Source: a bacterium (lineage in GTDB: Bacteria; Desulfobacterota; DSWW01). From it: a stretch of DNA of 60,307 nt. This document shows positions 49,387 through 58,125 of the stretch, one piece after another; the stretch's first letter is position 1, and every line of letters starts with the position of its first letter. The position numbers and the translations under genes are program-made. The stretch is taken from the NCBI GenBank assembly GCA_040756235.1, contig JBFLZG010000113.1:1-60307 (forward strand), given 5' to 3'. The notes below the pieces were generated by a model. That model worked only from the letters and a program-made list of their open reading frames with translations. It was not told the DNA's origin and did no database searches.

Positions 49387-50577
49387 ATGCGGATCGCCTT
49401 TCTGGACTGCTTTTCCGGGATCAGCGGCGACATGATGCTGGGCGCCCTGCTGGATCTCGGGTTCAGCGAGTCCGATCTCAAGGGAGGACTGGCGCAGCTC
49501 CCTCTCTCGGGCTACGAGATCGACGTCTCCCGCCAGGAACGCAGAGGCTTTCCCGCCGTTCGCGTGGAAGTGCGTTTCGATGCGCAGGCGCAGCCTCAGC
49601 GGGACTACGCCGGGATCCGGTCCATGCTCACGGCAAGCTCTCTTGCGGATCGCGTGCGAAGCGTGGCCCTGGAGATCTTCGAGTGCATCGCGCAGGCCGA
49701 GGCGGCGGTCCACGGGGTTCCGATCGAGCGCGTCCACTTCCATGAGGTGGGCGCCGTGGATTCCATCGTGGACATCGTGGGAGTGGCTCTGGGCTTGGAG
49801 GCTCTGGGGATCGACCAGGTATACGTCTCGGAGCTGCCTCTCGGGTCGGGTTGGGTCTCCTGCGCCCATGGGCTGCTGCCCGTGCCGGCGCCGGCCACAG
49901 CGGAGATCCTCAAGGGCATGCGGGTGATCCATGACCACCCCGCAAAGGGGGAGCTCGTCACGCCCACGGGGGCGGCCATTGCCGCCACCCTTGCGCACCG
50001 GCAGAGCGCCTGGCCGCCCCCCATGGAGATCGCCGGCATCGGATACGGGGCGGGCAGCCGGGATTTCCAGAGCCACCCGAATCTGCTCCGGGTGGTCACA
50101 GGAGAGACCGAAGACGGTTACGAGCGCGATCGAGTCCGCATGCTGGAGTGCCAGATCGATGACCTCCAACCCGAGATCTATCCGTATCTGGTCGAGCGGC
50201 TCCTCGAAGCCGGCGCCAGGGACGTCGTTCTCGTTCCGGCGCACATGAAGAAAGGCCGGCCGGGCATCCTCGTGCAGGTCGTCGCAGATGCGGTTCCGGA
50301 CCGGAGGCTCCTGGCCGTTCTCTTTGCCGAGACCACCACCCTGGGCGTGCGGACTTACGAAGCCGGGCGGGTCAAGCTCGGCCGCAGAGCGGAGCGAATC
50401 GAAACCTCCCTGGGGCCGGTCGCGGTCAAGGCGGTCGAAGGGCCAGGTTTGGAGACCCCCGAGCTCAGGCCGGAACACGAGGAATGCAGGCGTCTCGCCA
50501 GGGAGCGGGGCCTCCCGCTGAGGAAGGTCTACGAAGAGGTCCAAAAGGCCATTGATTCAAGGAAGCACGGCAGTTGA
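49387..50577 (+). CDS. larC: nickel-pincer cofactor biosynthesis protein LarC
   Basis: DCFSGISGDM, HFHEVGAVDSIVD, CAHG, ELVTPTGAA, MKKGRPG, ETTTLGVR. Confidence 0.95.
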   Translation: MRIAFLDCFSGISGDMMLGALLDLGFSESDLKGGLAQLPLSGYEIDVSRQERRGFPAVRVEVRFDAQAQPQRDYAGIRSMLTASSLADRVRSVALEIFECIAQAEAAVHGVPIERVHFHEVGAVDSIVDIVGVALGLEALGIDQVYVSELPLGSGWVSCAHGLLPVPAPATAEILKGMRVIHDHPAKGELVTPTGAAIAATLAHRQSAWPPPMEIAGIGYGAGSRDFQSHPNLLRVVTGETEDGYERDRVRMLECQIDDLQPEIYPYLVERLLEAGARDVVLVPAHMKKGRPGILVQVVADAVPDRRLLAVLFAETTTLGVRTYEAGRVKLGRRAERIETSLGPVAVKAVEGPGLETPELRPEHEECRRLARERGLPLRKVYEEVQKAIDSRKHGS

Positions 50578-50642
50578 CCGATAAGTAAAGGCGGAACGGG
50601 ATAGGACACCCGTCTGTCCCGACCTCTCGACAGGGAACGGTC

Positions 50643-52142
50643 ATGGAGAGCGTGGTGGTGCAGGAGCCTCCCGAGATCCTGGTGGTGGATGACGAGCCGA
50701 TCATCCGGGATGTGCTCACGGACCTGCTGACTTCGCAGGGATACGTCGTCGACACGGCCGAGAACGGGGCGGTGGCTCTCGAGAAGCTCCAGGCCAAGCG
50801 GTACAACCTGGTGATCTCGGACTTGAAGATGCCGGTAATGGGCGGAGCCGATCTTCTGGCCGCCCTGGTGGACCGGCAGATCAAGGCCATGGTGATCATC
50901 ATGACCGCCTACGCCACGGTCGAGACGGCGATCCAGACCATGAAGAACGGCGCCTATGACTACATCATGAAGCCGTTCAAGATCGATGAGCTCCTCATGG
51001 TGGTCGAGCGGGCCCTGGAGAAAGATCGACTGGAGCGGGAGAACATCCACCTGAGGGAAGCCCAGAGACTGTACCAGATCAGCGAGGCCATGACCAGCTC
51101 GCTGACCCTGAGCCACGTTCTGCAGATCGTGCTCGAGTCGGCCAGGCAGGAGGTGGAGGCGGACGCGGGCAGCCTGGTCCTGTGGGACGAGGGCAAGGGG
51201 CGGTGGCACTCGGAGCAGGTCAACGTCAAGGCGGGCGGGCCGCGAGAGGAAGAAATCGAGGACCTGCTCGATTACGAGGCGCTCCGCAACCTGCATGCAT
51301 CGCTTCAGCCGGTGCTTCTTACGCCGCGCGACGTGCAGCGCTTCTGCAGGAGGCCGACCGATTCGGGCCGTCAGCTCCAGTCGGTCGTCTCCGTTCCTCT
51401 GACGTTCCGAGGCGAGGTGGCGGGCATGCTCAACCTGTTCTCCTTCGCCCCGGGTCGGGTGTTCCTGGAAGGACAGCGGAAGTCGATGGTCGTCCTGGCC
51501 GGCCGCGCCGCGAGCGCGGTGGAAAACGCCCGCCTCCACGAGGAGCTCAAGGAGCTGTTCCTCCAGACGATCGAGGGTTTCGCCTTTGCCATCGATGCCA
51601 AGGACCCGTATACCCTGGGCCATTCACGCCGCGTGACCCGCTACGCGGAATGGATTGCGGAGAGAATCGGCCTCAGCGAAAAGGAGATGCAGACGCTGCG
51701 CCACGCCGCGACCCTGCACGACATCGGCAAGATCGGCCTGCGGATGGAGTCCCTGAACAAGCCGGGCAAGCTCACGGAAGAGGAGATACAGAGCTTCCGC
51801 GCCCACCCGGAGAAAGGGAGAAAGATCCTGACGCCGATCCGCTTCCTTGCGGACGTCGTGCCCGCCATCTACCACCACCACGAGCGCTACGACGGCAAGG
51901 GCTATCCGGACGGCAAGGCCGGGGAGGCCATCCCCCTGGGCGCCCGCATCCTGGCGATTGCCGACTCCTACGACGCCATGACCTCCAACCGCCCGTACCG
52001 CAAAGCCATGACCGTGGAGCAGGCCATGCGCGAGCTCGAAGACAACGCCGGCACTCAGTTCGACCCCAAGATCGCCGCGGTCTTCATCCAGATCCTGCGT
52101 GAAAACCGGCCGGAAGATGTCCTGGAGGCTCCGGCGGCTTGA
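50643..52142 (+). CDS. response regulator with GAF and HD-GYP (c-di-GMP phosphodiesterase) domains
   Basis: ILVVDDE...SDLKMP...KPF receiver; GAF-like middle; LHDIGKIG, HHERYDGKGYP. Confidence 0.93.
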   Translation: MESVVVQEPPEILVVDDEPIIRDVLTDLLTSQGYVVDTAENGAVALEKLQAKRYNLVISDLKMPVMGGADLLAALVDRQIKAMVIIMTAYATVETAIQTMKNGAYDYIMKPFKIDELLMVVERALEKDRLERENIHLREAQRLYQISEAMTSSLTLSHVLQIVLESARQEVEADAGSLVLWDEGKGRWHSEQVNVKAGGPREEEIEDLLDYEALRNLHASLQPVLLTPRDVQRFCRRPTDSGRQLQSVVSVPLTFRGEVAGMLNLFSFAPGRVFLEGQRKSMVVLAGRAASAVENARLHEELKELFLQTIEGFAFAIDAKDPYTLGHSRRVTRYAEWIAERIGLSEKEMQTLRHAATLHDIGKIGLRMESLNKPGKLTEEEIQSFRAHPEKGRKILTPIRFLADVVPAIYHHHERYDGKGYPDGKAGEAIPLGARILAIADSYDAMTSNRPYRKAMTVEQAMRELEDNAGTQFDPKIAAVFIQILRENRPEDVLEAPAA

Positions 52143-52244
52143 TCGCCGCCCCGACCCCTCGTGACGGCCCTAGGTCAAAGGGTAGAGGCCCGAGGTCGAA
52201 GTGCGGGAAGCCGCATCTTCCCCTTTCCCCTCTTCCCTCCTTCT

Positions 52245-53003
52245 TCAGAAGCGCGGGGGTGCGGCCTTATCCATGGCTGCGAGCAGCTTGGGGATCGAGA
52301 AGCGCCTGCCGATCTTGGCGGCAGCCGCCCCGACTGCGGAGGCTCTGGGGCCAAGCCCTGCGATGTGGGGAATCCGTGCGAGGATCGGCACCGGAGAGGC
52401 CTGGCGCAACATCTCGGGATTGGTGCGTTTGGACAAGTCCCGCCGGCCGTCCACGTCGTTGAGCACGACCCCGGCGACCGGAATGCCTTCCTTCCCCAGG
52501 CAGTACAAGGTGAGCAGCGTGTGGTTCAGCGTACCCAGGCCGGCCCGCGCCACCACGAGCACCGGAAGCCCGAGCAGCCGGATCAGATCCAGCATGCAAG
52601 CCGCGCGCGTCACCGGCACGAAGATCCCTCCGGCCCCTTCTACCAGGACCATGGCGGAACGGGACCGGATCCTGCGGCAGGCTCGTTCGATGGCAGAGAG
52701 GCGGATGACGACCCCCTCCCGGTCGGCGGCGACCCGCGGTGCCACGGCGGCCAGGAGCCGGTACGGCACGATTTCCTCCAGCGGGTCCTCGGAGCCCGAT
52801 GCCTTCTGAAGCAGGCGACCATCCTGCGGGACCCGCTTCCCCCCGCGCACGCGGCAGCCGGTCTCTACGGGCTTCATGACGCCGGTCCGGAGGCCGGCTT
52901 CACGGAAGGCCGCGGCAATCCCGGCGGCAACGAAGGTCTTCCCCACGCCGGTATCGGTGCCGGTGACGAAGAGCCCTCTGGGCCCCGCGCTCTCCGTTTC
53001 CAC
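52245..53003 (-). CDS. bioD: dethiobiotin synthase
   Basis: FVTGTDTGVGKT, MKPVETG, VEGAGG, LGTLNHT. Confidence 0.95.
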   Translation of the reverse strand: METESAGPRGLFVTGTDTGVGKTFVAAGIAAAFREAGLRTGVMKPVETGCRVRGGKRVPQDGRLLQKASGSEDPLEEIVPYRLLAAVAPRVAADREGVVIRLSAIERACRRIRSRSAMVLVEGAGGIFVPVTRAACMLDLIRLLGLPVLVVARAGLGTLNHTLLTLYCLGKEGIPVAGVVLNDVDGRRDLSKRTNPEMLRQASPVPILARIPHIAGLGPRASAVGAAAAKIGRRFSIPKLLAAMDKAAPPRF

Positions 53004-53040
53004 GCTTTCTCTCCAAGCAGGGGCGACCGGCGGCTCGCCC

Positions 53041-54441
53041 CTATGCCTCGGCCGTGATCCGGTCGATGCATTCGAAGGTAATATCGAGCATCCGGTCGAG
53101 CTCCGGGAGAGACATGACCAGGGGCGGCATGAGGACGATGACGTCGCCCAGGGGCCGGATGACCAGACCGCGGCGCCGCGCCTCCAGGATCACCTCGACC
53201 CCCACCCGCTTCTCGACCGGGTAGGGGCGCTTCGAGGTCCGGTCCTCCACCAGCTCGATCCCGGCGAGAAAGCCCCGCTGCCGCACGTCGCCCACGTGCT
53301 CGAGCTTGCGAAATGCCTCCAGGCGGGTCTCGAAGTGCCGGATCTTGGGGGCGAGCGCCTCGAGGGTCTTCTCTTTGCGAAAGACCTCCAGGGAGGCGAG
53401 GGCAGCGGCTGCGGCCAGGGGATTGCCCGTGAACGTGTGGCCGTGGAAGAAGGCCTTCGATTCGGCGGCTTCCCCCAGGAAGGCCGCGTAGACGGACTCC
53501 GTGGTCAGGGTGGCGGCCAGGGGGAGATAGCCTCCCGTGATTCCCTTGGCCAGGGCCATGAGATCCGGGCTCACCCCTTCCTGTTCGCAGGCGAAGAGCT
53601 TGCCGGTCCTGCCGAAGCCCACGGCTACCTCGTCCGCGATGAGGAGGACCTCATATCGTCGGCACAGATCGGCCACGGCCTTGAGGTGGCCCGGAGGCGC
53701 CGTGATCATCCCCGCCGCCCCTTGCACCAGAGGCTCGATGATGAGGGCCGCCAGGGTGTGCCCCGATCTTTCGAGCAGGTCCTCGAGCTCTTCCAGGCAG
53801 GCCTGGCCGCAGCCCGGGTGCACGAGCCCCAGGTGACACCGATAGCAGTACGGGTAGTGGACCTTGTGGACCGGGAAGAGGAGCCCGCGGTAGCGCTCGT
53901 GAAAGAGCTCCACCCCTCCCACGCTCACGGCACCCAGGGTGTCGCCGTGATAGGCGTTGTGGAACGAGACGAACTGCTTTTTGGTGCGTTTGCTTTCGGT
54001 CCCCTGCTGGGCCCAGTGCTGGTAAGCGATCTTCAGCGCCGCCTCGACCGCGGTGGATCCGTTGTCCGAATAGAAGACCCTTTTCAGACCGGCGGGCGCC
54101 AGCTCGACGAGCTCCCGGGCGAGCTCGATGGCGGCCGGATGGGCCAGCCCGAGCAGGGTCGAGTGCGCGACCCGGTCCAGCTGCCGGCGCACCGCCTCAT
54201 CGATTTCCCGGCGCCGGTGGCCGTGCACGTTGGCCCAAAGCGAGCTGACCCCGTCCAGGTAGCGGTTGCCTTCCACGTCGATGAGCTCGCAGCCCTCTCC
54301 TGCCGCAATGATCAGGCAGGGCTGTCCGTACCACTCGCGCATCTGCGTGAAGGGGTGCCAGAGGCAACGGTGGTCCGCCTCCACGAGGCGCTCGATTTCC
54401 TCGCGGCAGAGCGGCGGCGGTTGCGTCGGCGAGGCGGGCAT
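53041..54441 (-). CDS. bioA: adenosylmethionine-8-amino-7-oxononanoate aminotransferase
   Basis: LWHPFTQM, DGVSSLW, SDNGSTAVE, YHGDT, DEVAVGFGRTG, AKGITGG. True start is ATG 54441 after AGAAAGGA. Confidence 0.95.
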   Translation of the reverse strand: MPASPTQPPPLCREEIERLVEADHRCLWHPFTQMREWYGQPCLIIAAGEGCELIDVEGNRYLDGVSSLWANVHGHRRREIDEAVRRQLDRVAHSTLLGLAHPAAIELARELVELAPAGLKRVFYSDNGSTAVEAALKIAYQHWAQQGTESKRTKKQFVSFHNAYHGDTLGAVSVGGVELFHERYRGLLFPVHKVHYPYCYRCHLGLVHPGCGQACLEELEDLLERSGHTLAALIIEPLVQGAAGMITAPPGHLKAVADLCRRYEVLLIADEVAVGFGRTGKLFACEQEGVSPDLMALAKGITGGYLPLAATLTTESVYAAFLGEAAESKAFFHGHTFTGNPLAAAAALASLEVFRKEKTLEALAPKIRHFETRLEAFRKLEHVGDVRQRGFLAGIELVEDRTSKRPYPVEKRVGVEVILEARRRGLVIRPLGDVIVLMPPLVMSLPELDRMLDITFECIDRITAEA

Positions 54442-54522
54442 GGTCGGATCCTTTCTGCTGTTGAGAGGGCCGTGGCATCCAATGGCTCGCAGGTCCCGGA
54501 TGTCGCGAGCGCGCCGCGTGAT

Positions 54523-54617
54523 CACTCGGTAGGGTGGGCAAAGCCGCAGGCGTGCCCACCAATGATGGCTGAGTGCGGCGGGTGCACCGCCCTCGATCGT
54601 CTCAGGCTCAGAACGCT
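54523..54617. repeat. 95-bp perfect direct repeat, copy 1, containing a GTAG-type REP
   Basis: Identical to 54834-54928. Includes GTAGGGTGGGCA-AAGCCGCAGGCG-TGCCCACC (54529-54560). Confidence 0.9.
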
Positions 54618-54819
54618 CCGGCCCTTCTCCTCCCATGGGTCGGAGACTACAGCCCTTCGGGCGGATCGCCCGTTTCGTCCCTCGCTCCGGGCCGGGTGTT
54701 CTCGGGACGCACGCGCCTGCCGGATCTGGTATTCGGGAAACAGCGCTGCGTTCCACCGGCCTACGGAACTCGGGACGGACTCCGCGACTCGCCCTCGCCT
54801 CCTCGCGCGGGACACCCAC
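54605..54819 (-). ncRNA. unidentified structured RNA-like element, copy B
   Basis: Homologous to 33506-33718. Lies between bioF and bioA, in sense orientation. Confidence 0.6.
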
Positions 54820-54833
54820 CGCGCTCACGGCAG

Positions 54834-54928
54834 CACTCGGTAGGGTGGGCAAAGCCGCAGGCGTGCCCACCAATGATGGCTGAGTGCGGCGGGTGCACCG
54901 CCCTCGATCGTCTCAGGCTCAGAACGCT
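54834..54928. repeat. 95-bp perfect direct repeat, copy 2
   Basis: Identical to 54523-54617 (period 311 bp). REP at 54840-54871. Confidence 0.9.
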
Positions 54929-54952
54929 GGTGATCCCATGGCAACCGGTGTG

Positions 54953-56179
54953 CTAAGTGCCTTCCGGGTCCCGGGCGGCCAGAATCGACCCCACGGCTTG
55001 CAGCGCATGCCGGATGTCATCCGGGGTATGGGTCGCCATGAGGGAGAAACGGATGCGCGAGGTGCCCGGCGGCACCGTGGGCGGGCGGATCCCCTGGGCG
55101 TACACCCCGCGGGCGAGCAGCCGTTCGCACCCCTCCATGGTGAGCCTCTCGTCGCCGAACAGGAGCCGCTGAATCGGTGTCGCGGGCGCGGACCCGGAGC
55201 AGCCGAGGGCCCGGAGGCCTTCGGCAAAGATCGCGGCATTTTCCCGCAGGCGCAGCCTGCGGGCAGGTTCGGTCTCGACGATGTCGAGCGCCTTCATGGC
55301 CGCCGCGAGCACCGCGGGAGGAAGGCTCGTAGAGTAAATCAGGCTGCGCGCCCGATTGATGAAGTAGTCGCGCAGGGTGGCGCTCGACGCCGCAAAGGCG
55401 CCGAAAGAGCCGAGCGCCTTGCCGAGGGTGCCCATCGAGACGTCCACCGCCTCTTCGACGCCGAAGTGCTCGGCGCCGCCTCGGCCGTTCCGGCCCAGCA
55501 CGCCGGTCGCGTGCGCCTCGTCCACCATGAGCAGACAGTCGTGGCGCCCGGCCAGGAACGCGAGGTCCGCCAGCGGCGCCAGGTCGCCGTCCATGCTGAA
55601 GAGGGAATCGGTCACGATGAGCCTCTTGCGGTACCTGGCGGCATCCGCCAGAAGGCTCTCCAGGTGCCCGGGGTCGGCGTGCCGGTAGATGTGCACGCGG
55701 GCCCGGCTCAGGCGGCAGCCGTCGATGATGCTCGCGTGGTTCAGGGCGTCGCTGTAGATGGCGTCGCTCTCGGCCATCAGGGAGGAGAGGATGCCCACGT
55801 TGGCCGCGTAGCCGCTGTTGAAGAGCAGGCAGGCCGGATACCCCTTGAAGCGCGCCAGCCGCTCCTCCAGCTGCTCATGCAGACGCATGTTTCCGGAGAT
55901 GAGCCTGGAGGCGCCCGAGCCGCAGCCGTGCTTCTCGATTGCTTCCGTGGCCGCAGCCTTCAGGGCCGGGTGGTCGGCCAGCCCGAGGTAATTGTTCGAG
56001 CAGAACAGCAGGACCGTCCGTCCGTCGAGCACGATCCGCTCCGCCTGTGCGGACTGAACGGAACGCAGCGAGCGGTGGCGCCCGGCCCGGGCGAGCGCCT
56101 CGAGCTCCTGCTCGACCAGAGGGTAGCGCTTCTCGCGGCAGCGGGGTTGCGCGCTCTGCGCGCCTGCCGGCAGGCTCAT
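54953..56179 (-). CDS. bioF: 8-amino-7-oxononanoate synthase
   Basis: FCSNNYLGL, SGASRL, SDALNHASIIDG, FSMDGD, DEAHATG, GTLGKALG, IRPPTVP. Confidence 0.95.
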   Translation of the reverse strand: MSLPAGAQSAQPRCREKRYPLVEQELEALARAGRHRSLRSVQSAQAERIVLDGRTVLLFCSNNYLGLADHPALKAAATEAIEKHGCGSGASRLISGNMRLHEQLEERLARFKGYPACLLFNSGYAANVGILSSLMAESDAIYSDALNHASIIDGCRLSRARVHIYRHADPGHLESLLADAARYRKRLIVTDSLFSMDGDLAPLADLAFLAGRHDCLLMVDEAHATGVLGRNGRGGAEHFGVEEAVDVSMGTLGKALGSFGAFAASSATLRDYFINRARSLIYSTSLPPAVLAAAMKALDIVETEPARRLRLRENAAIFAEGLRALGCSGSAPATPIQRLLFGDERLTMEGCERLLARGVYAQGIRPPTVPPGTSRIRFSLMATHTPDDIRHALQAVGSILAARDPEGT

Positions 56180-57216
56180 GCGCCGCCTCCGCCCCGCAGC
56201 GCCGCACCGCCCCTCCCGGCGCCGCCTCGCGGTTCTCCGGTCCCGGTCCATCGCAGGCCGATGTCCTCGAGCATGGCCCGGTCCTTTTCCGCCGCGGAGC
56301 CTGCGGTCGTGAGATAATCCCCCACCATCATGCCGTTGGCGCCGGCCAGGAACAGCAGCGGCTCGAGGCTCCTCAGGACGTGCTCCCTGCCGCCGCAGAC
56401 CTGGATGTCCCGGGTCGGGAGGAGGATGCGAAGGGCCGCCAGGATGCGCAGCGCCTCGAGCGGCTCGAGCCGGGGCTGATTCTCGAGCGGGGTGCCGGGG
56501 ATCGCGTGCAGGAAGTTGACGGCGATGCGGCTGACTTCCAGTTCCCTGAGCAGCAGGGCGAGCTCGGCCCGCTGCAGGCAGGACTCACCCAGCCCGAAGA
56601 TGCCGCCCGAGCAGACCGTAAGGCCCGCTTCCCTGGCGGCTCCGATCGTCCGCATGCGCTCGCCGAAGGCGTGGGTGGTGCAGATGCGCGGGTAGAAGCT
56701 GGCTGCGGTTTCGAGGTTGTGATGATAGGTGCAGAGACCTGCGCCCTTGAGCTCCTTGAGGAAAGGGAGATCGAGGGTCCCGAGCGAGGCGGCGATCTCG
56801 AGCCGGGTCCGGGAGCGCAACAGCTCGACCGTGCGGAGCAGATCGGCCCTTTCCTTCTTCCCCTTCAGGGCCCGGCCGCTCGTGACCAGACTGAAGCAGC
56901 GGACGCCCCGGGAAGCCGCCTTCAGGGCGGCATCCAAGCACCTGTCCTGCGGGACCAAAGGGTAGCGGTCGACCCGGGTCCGATGCCTGCGGCTCTGGGC
57001 GCAGAAGGCGCAGTCCTCGGTGCAGCCTCCGGATTTTGCATTCAAGATGGCGCACAGATGGACGCGATCGGAGAAGACGCGGGTGCGGACCCGGCCGGCT
57101 TCACAGACGAGGTCCCAGACCGACCCCGACTCGGGAGAGAACAGCTCCAGGGCTTCTCGAAGGGCCGCCCGGGCGGGTACGCCCGTATGCTGCCGGTCTC
57201 GGGACGGACGGGTCAT
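56176..57216 (-). CDS. bioB: biotin synthase
   Basis: NAKSGGCTEDCAFCAQS (radical SAM), YHHNLET, CSGGIFGLGE, CGGRE, GDYLTT. Confidence 0.96.
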   Translation of the reverse strand: MTRPSRDRQHTGVPARAALREALELFSPESGSVWDLVCEAGRVRTRVFSDRVHLCAILNAKSGGCTEDCAFCAQSRRHRTRVDRYPLVPQDRCLDAALKAASRGVRCFSLVTSGRALKGKKERADLLRTVELLRSRTRLEIAASLGTLDLPFLKELKGAGLCTYHHNLETAASFYPRICTTHAFGERMRTIGAAREAGLTVCSGGIFGLGESCLQRAELALLLRELEVSRIAVNFLHAIPGTPLENQPRLEPLEALRILAALRILLPTRDIQVCGGREHVLRSLEPLLFLAGANGMMVGDYLTTAGSAAEKDRAMLEDIGLRWTGTGEPRGGAGRGGAALRGGGGA

Positions 57217-57313
57217 CGGGGTGCTCGGCTCCTGAAAATCGTCTGGGCTGCCCGCCGGGTGGGCCCTGCCGGCGGGATGCGAGGGCTTGAAGGTTAGCAG
57301 AGGGGGGGACGCA

Positions 57314-57346
57314 TTGTCAACCTCATCGCTTTCGGCCGGTTGACAA
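57314..57346. promoter_or_regulatory. BirA operator
   Basis: Perfect TTGTCAACC-N15-GGTTGACAA, about 100 nt upstream of bioB. Overlaps a minus-strand TTGACA-N18-TAACCT promoter. Confidence 0.85.
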
Positions 57347-57490
57347 CTCCGGGACCCACAGATCTGCTTTCAATTCCCGAGTCCTTCGTCTACTATTCTC
57401 CCTGCGCCAACGAGGCACGATCGAGCAGGCCTATTTCGAGACGGCGCGGTACCGCAACCGGAGAGACTCAATCAGGGAGGGGAGACGCGC

Positions 57491-57664
57491 ATGGACAGGA
57501 AGCTGGTGGACAGGATCCTCAAAGACGGCAAGATCGACCGGGCTGAAATGAGAATCATCGCGGGCTACGTTGCGGATTCCCACAATCTCTCCAAGGAAGA
57601 GAAGCTCCTGCTGCGGGAGATCTTCACGGGACTCTCCAAGGGCGAAGTGTCCCTGGAGACCTGA
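57491..57664 (+). CDS. small hypothetical protein (57 aa)
   Basis: Below the ORF-track cutoff. MDRKLVDRILKDGKIDRAEMRIIAGYVADSHNLSKEEKLLLREIFTGLSKGEVSLET*; GGGAGGGGAG RBS; stop lies 2 nt before the next start. Confidence 0.7.
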   Translation: MDRKLVDRILKDGKIDRAEMRIIAGYVADSHNLSKEEKLLLREIFTGLSKGEVSLET

Positions 57665-57666
57665 TC

Positions 57667-58095
57667 ATGAAGACGAACCTCGCCATCACATTTCTGGTGC
57701 TCTGCGGCCTGCTCCTGCACGCACGGCCGCTGGCTCGAGCCGGGGATACGCCCGAGCAGGCGGCCGGCGCTGCCGGCGCTGCCTGGCTGGCCCTCGTGGA
57801 CCAGGGGCGATATGCCGAAAGCTGGAAAGAAGCGGCTCCTTACTTCCGGAACGCGGTCCCCGAGGCCCAATGGGTGCAGTCCCTGACCGCGGTCCGGCAA
57901 CCTCTCGGAAAGGTCCTTTCGAGAAAGCAGGAGTCCGCGCGCTACGCCACCGCCCTGCCCGGGGCCCCGGACGGCGAGTACGTCATCCTCGTCTTCCATA
58001 CCTCTTTCGAGAACAAGCGGACAGCGGTGGAGACCGTGACCCCGATGCGCGGCCAGGACGGCAAATGGCAGGTGTCGGGCTATTACATCAAGTGA
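57667..58095 (+). CDS. DUF4019 family exported protein
   Basis: Signal peptide; WLALVDQGRYAESW, LPGAPDGEYV, TSFENK, ETVTP, WQVSGYYIK. Confidence 0.88.
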   Translation: MKTNLAITFLVLCGLLLHARPLARAGDTPEQAAGAAGAAWLALVDQGRYAESWKEAAPYFRNAVPEAQWVQSLTAVRQPLGKVLSRKQESARYATALPGAPDGEYVILVFHTSFENKRTAVETVTPMRGQDGKWQVSGYYIK

Positions 58096-58125
58096 CTGCC
58101 CGCCATCCGAACCCACGGGGGGCAG

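Noticed and set aside
54442..54873. N-terminal extension of BioA in the 610-aa ORF
   Set aside because: It runs through the repeat and RNA-like element. BioA homology and a good RBS start at ATG 54441.
54523..54928. CRISPR array
   Set aside because: Only two 95-bp repeats around a 216-bp insert, and no cas genes.
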